A stretch of 63,953 nt of DNA, the filler included, from Nemertoderma westbladi (lineage: Eukaryota; Animalia; Xenacoelomorpha): the NCBI GenBank assembly GCA_032718475.1. It is 4 parts of 4 records of this genome, joined end to end, with 100 filler letters (N's around TTAATTAATTAA, not from the genome) between each part and the next. Parts side by side here need not be neighbours in the genome. Positions count along the whole stretch, not along the records: positions 55,001 to 63,953 come from JAUCBJ010006099.1; 3 more parts are not named here. One strand, given 5' to 3'. Within the stretch, counting starts at the first letter, position 1, and each line of letters starts with the position of its first letter. A program made the translations under genes and the position numbers. Under the pieces are notes generated by a model that did no database searches, was not told where the DNA came from, and saw nothing but the letters and a program-made list of their open reading frames with translations. This document shows, one piece after another, positions 60,327 to 63,953 of the stretch.

Positions 60327-63300
60327 CACTAGAACAGCCGAATACATCAATTGATGTTTTTGCGCGCGGATGCTAAGATAACTTTCCCCCCATTTATGCT
60401 ACTGAAATGTAATACCCATGAGTTTTATTCATTTTTCGAGCTCTCTTTGATGGTATGATTGAAATTTTTCAGTCATGTGTAGTTTAGCCGCAATACTAAA
60501 ATATACCTAATAAGGCCGGCTACATCAATTGATGTTCTTCATAGTATATTATTATAATTATAATATATAATGTAATGTAATTATGTAGTAATGCAGTTAT
60601 ATAATGTAATTAATATAATTAAAATGTCTGTATTGTTTGCCTCATCAATTAGTCTGTACTCAGTGAGGGCCTATTTGAGGCCCAAATTACTATATTACAT
60701 GTACTGTACATTGATAAACTAGTCACGGCACTTGATGCAGATGTTGGTGAGGCACTGGCCGCACACGGGTCGCTGGCACTTTGTGCACTTTGTGGCTGTC
60801 ATATTCCGGGTGCATCCGGATTTAACTTGACACACCACTCTTTTGGCCAGTTTTGGTGGCGTGGGACCCGATGTGGTTGGTAGGTGCTCCTCGCGTTCGC
60901 CTTCGCCAATCATTTCTCTCGCCAGCTTCAACAGAAACGACCGTCGATCAATTGTGGCTCCAGTGTTCTTCTTGTAGATGATGTATGCGTTGATTCCTAA
61001 AACATGACACTATAGTTGACATGAGTCAAAGGTGTTAGGTCGGGTTGATGCCTTATTGGTTTAGACGACTAATCAGGTATCCACCCGACCTAGTATATGT
61101 ATTATGTATAGTAGGCCCAACCTAATATATATATATACAGTAGTACCCTAGACCCATGCTATTACCAGCTTCAAGAAAATGACAAACAAGACATGCAAAT
61201 AACTTTTACCAACCTGCTATATCCAGCAAGTTGTAAAACACTGCCATAGGCCACCTCCGTGTACCACATTTGGTTGTACGTCGCCTTGCCATCGCATCCA
61301 GCATGTCCACGCCGCATTTGTTGCTGTTGTAGTCAATGACAGATTGGGGTTTGCATTTCGGCTCCGGTCCAGTGACAATGCCAGCGTGTAGCGACGACAA
61401 CATCCATACGGTCTTCGTGCGCTTTGCTCTGTATTCCACCAACTGGATGCCATTATTGGATTTAAAATTGCTGGAATATAGGGCCGTGACTGTAGCTGGA
61501 GGCAGTTCTCGCCGATTGGCTCTTACTGTGCCCAGCATTGATGTTTTATTGTCTTTCAGATACCGTGCGATATCCAAGTTTGTGAAGAAGTTGTCGGTGC
61601 AGACGTTATAACCTTTGCGCAGGTGTGGCCGCATCAGCTCCTTCACAACGTGGCTTCCCAGCCCTTCAGTTCGGGTATCATCTTTTCCCAAATATGGGCG
61701 CATGCCACAACAATACTTTGAATCAACTTCAGCTAGGAGCCAAAATTTGATCCCAAACTTATCGGGTTTGGACGGCATATATTGGGTAAAGCGGCACCGG
61801 GTCTTGCATGGAAAGAGTTGTTCATCGATCGTAAGATATGGATTAGGGACATAAGCTTTGCCAAAGTTAGTCACCACCCGGTCAAATACTTCCGAAACAA
61901 GTGCAAACTTGTTAGTTTTCAGTCGCTCACTTCTCGTTGCCTTTATATCAAATCGGAGATATCGTCTTATCTCTCGAAACCGCATGCGCGGCATTGCCTT
62001 TCTAAAGGTTGCGTTGCCAAATTCATCAGACCAGAGGAGGTCCAGTGGGATGTCGCTGAAGAGTGTCGCCTTCAGGTAGAGGAGTCCCAGAAAAACAAGC
62101 AGTTGCTGAGTTGTGATGGACCAGGTTGGGGAAACAGATCGTGCAAAGGTCTGGGTACAGTTGGCAATATGACGCAGACAACCTGGGTCTATGAACAACA
62201 TGAGCACTTGAATACATGTTACAGCATTTCGCGCATAACTTGTTGGGCCTGACTTGACCGAAAACACATTTTGGAGTCTTGCCCTGCCGGTTCCAGCTAA
62301 CTGGGATTCCTGTGTCCACTCAGTCCCGTCTTTGCTCGTTATTGTAGCCACATTATCTGGATGGGCGTGTCCTTGGGCTGGCGAATCATCATCGACATCG
62401 CTTGATTCATCACTGGACGAAACTGCATGGACTGAGGTGATTGAGTCCGCCACAGTAGATGTATCCAAATGGGGAGTTTCACCATCCAAATCGCTACCAC
62501 CACTGCCGCTATCCTCCTGATTCAGTGCCTCGAGATAAGCGAGCGCCTCGGTGCCATTCATCCTCCTAGTGGGTCGAGGCATTTTCAGATTAGAAGACAA
62601 TTCAGTATGATAAAATTTATAAGACACGGTAGGCCTATTTGGGTAAATCAGGAATCAGTCACGGTATAACATAATAAATCAGGAACTATTTGGGTTGGGT
62701 TATATAACTATGGTATAGCCTATGCCATATGGTATGTATTTCGAGTGTTGCCTATGCCTAGGCTTATAGGCTGTACTGTGTACAGTACATGTATGTAGGC
62801 TACCCAGTATAAGCCGGCGCTTTTCCGGTATTCCCTGGGTTAGGGTTAGGGTTATATAACACTTTTAATTACGGTTACGGCCTGACCAATGAACCCTAAC
62901 CAAAAAACTAACCGAAACCCCAAGGGAATGCGAGGAAGCACTAAATATTGAAATATTGTTGTTAAAATTCAGTACCGGTAGCATTTGTATATTACAAACA
63001 GTAAAAATGCGGGGGAATACCGAAAAAGTGCCTATAAACCTAGGTTGATATACATGTACAAACCTAGGCATATGTATAGGCCTAGGCATAGAGGCTGTAT
63101 GCAGGCTACCAAGTATAAAACTAGGTTGATATACAAAGATGCCACACGGATAGTAAAAAGTGGCAGATTGCAAAAAGATCTTTGAATCTGTTACTTGGGC
63201 TGGGGCTGGGCATAGTAATAATATTTATAATAATATGGGCATAGTTATAATAATATTTTCGTGCAATATACACGTAGATGATGTGTTGATCATATGCGCA

Positions 63301-63431
63301 TTATACACGATGCACACTTCAATAAAATCGCATTCCATTTGGTTAGGTAAGTGCTTCTATGCAAAGCGTGCATTTACATCAATTGATGTACGCGGCTTAA
63401 TTGGTAGTGATAAGATTTGGCCGTTCTAGTG
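60327..63431 (-). mobile_element. piggyBac DNA transposon, full length
   Basis: TIRs CACTAGAACAGCCGAAT / ATTTGGCCGTTCTAGTG (15/17), flanked by TTAA (60323-60326) and CTAA (63432-63435). Subterminal ACATCAATTGATG at both ends. Confidence 0.92.
60719..62582 (-). CDS. piggyBac transposase, two exons (62582-61214, 60996-60719), about 548 aa
   Basis: DDD motifs IDEQL, TDNFF, GVDMLD. The GT-AG intron at 61213-60997 restores LLDIAGINAYIIY...RRSFLLKLA and joins the C-terminal Cys-rich domain. Confidence 0.88.
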
Positions 63432-63953
63432 CTAAAGACTGTTGTTTTGTTTGTAATGATAAATTATATATTCAGATTGATGGCGTCGGTATGGGGTCCC
63501 CCCTCGGCCCTGTATTAGCTAATGCGTTTTTAGCTCACCATGAACAGACTTGGTTGTCCGATTGCCCTATCGACTTCAAACCACTTTTATACCGTAGATA
63601 TGTTGACGACACATTTTTATTATTTCGCTCCATTTCTCATTCTGATCAGTTTCTCTCGTACCTCAATAGTAAACACCCTAACATTGAATTTACTGCTGAA
63701 CATGGTGTCAATAACAATCTACCTTTCCTCGACGTCTTAATCCACCAAAATCCAAATAGTTTCAATTTTGAAACTAGTATTTATAGAAAACCTACCTATA
63801 CTGGTTTGTACACTAATTATGACAGTTTCATGCCGTGCAATTATAAATTTGGTTTGGTTTATACTCTTATTAGTAGATTGTTTTATATTTCATCTAGTTA
63901 TCTTACATTCCATTCCAGTCTAGTTGATCTCTGCACCACCTTGCGCTCCAATG

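Larger units (their letters stand above)
60280..63953 (+). mobile_element. Penelope-like RT split by piggyBac (60280-60326 + 63436-63953)
   Basis: Rejoined frame FKTLLKLSVKDCCF...QIDGVGMGSPLGPVLANAF...RRYVDDTF...LPFLDV...YRKPT is open to the window end. Confidence 0.9.

Overview
AT-rich, transposon-dense DNA from an invertebrate animal. It is four contigs joined by artificial 100-bp N/TTAATTAATTAA/N linkers (23291-23390, 43214-43313, 54901-55000), so adjacency across linkers is not trustworthy. Bases 1-16917 are a decayed BEL/Pao LTR retrotransposon carrying three nested insertions, each with a visible TSD: an RTE-type LINE, a 143-bp SINE-like piece, and an 8-kb internally deleted BEL element (7192-15209). 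Two features of this BEL family stand out. (1) There is no tRNA-type (TGG) primer-binding site; the sequence directly after the 5' LTR is instead complementary to the element's own predicted transcript leader (ending at +43), which suggests Tf1-like self-priming. (2) The nested copy carries an extra, now frameshifted ORF with a DEDDy 3'-5' exonuclease-like domain and three CCHC zinc knuckles. Host genes are an intronless CLCA-family gene (18008-20851), the first two exons of a Cys-loop ligand-gated ion channel (minus strand), and possibly one secreted-peptide exon. The remainder is satellites and minisatellites, fold-back MITEs, CR1-group LINEs, a third deleted BEL copy, and an apparently intact intron-containing piggyBac inserted in a Penelope-like element. 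All calls were made by eye from the sequence and ORF track; no searches were run.
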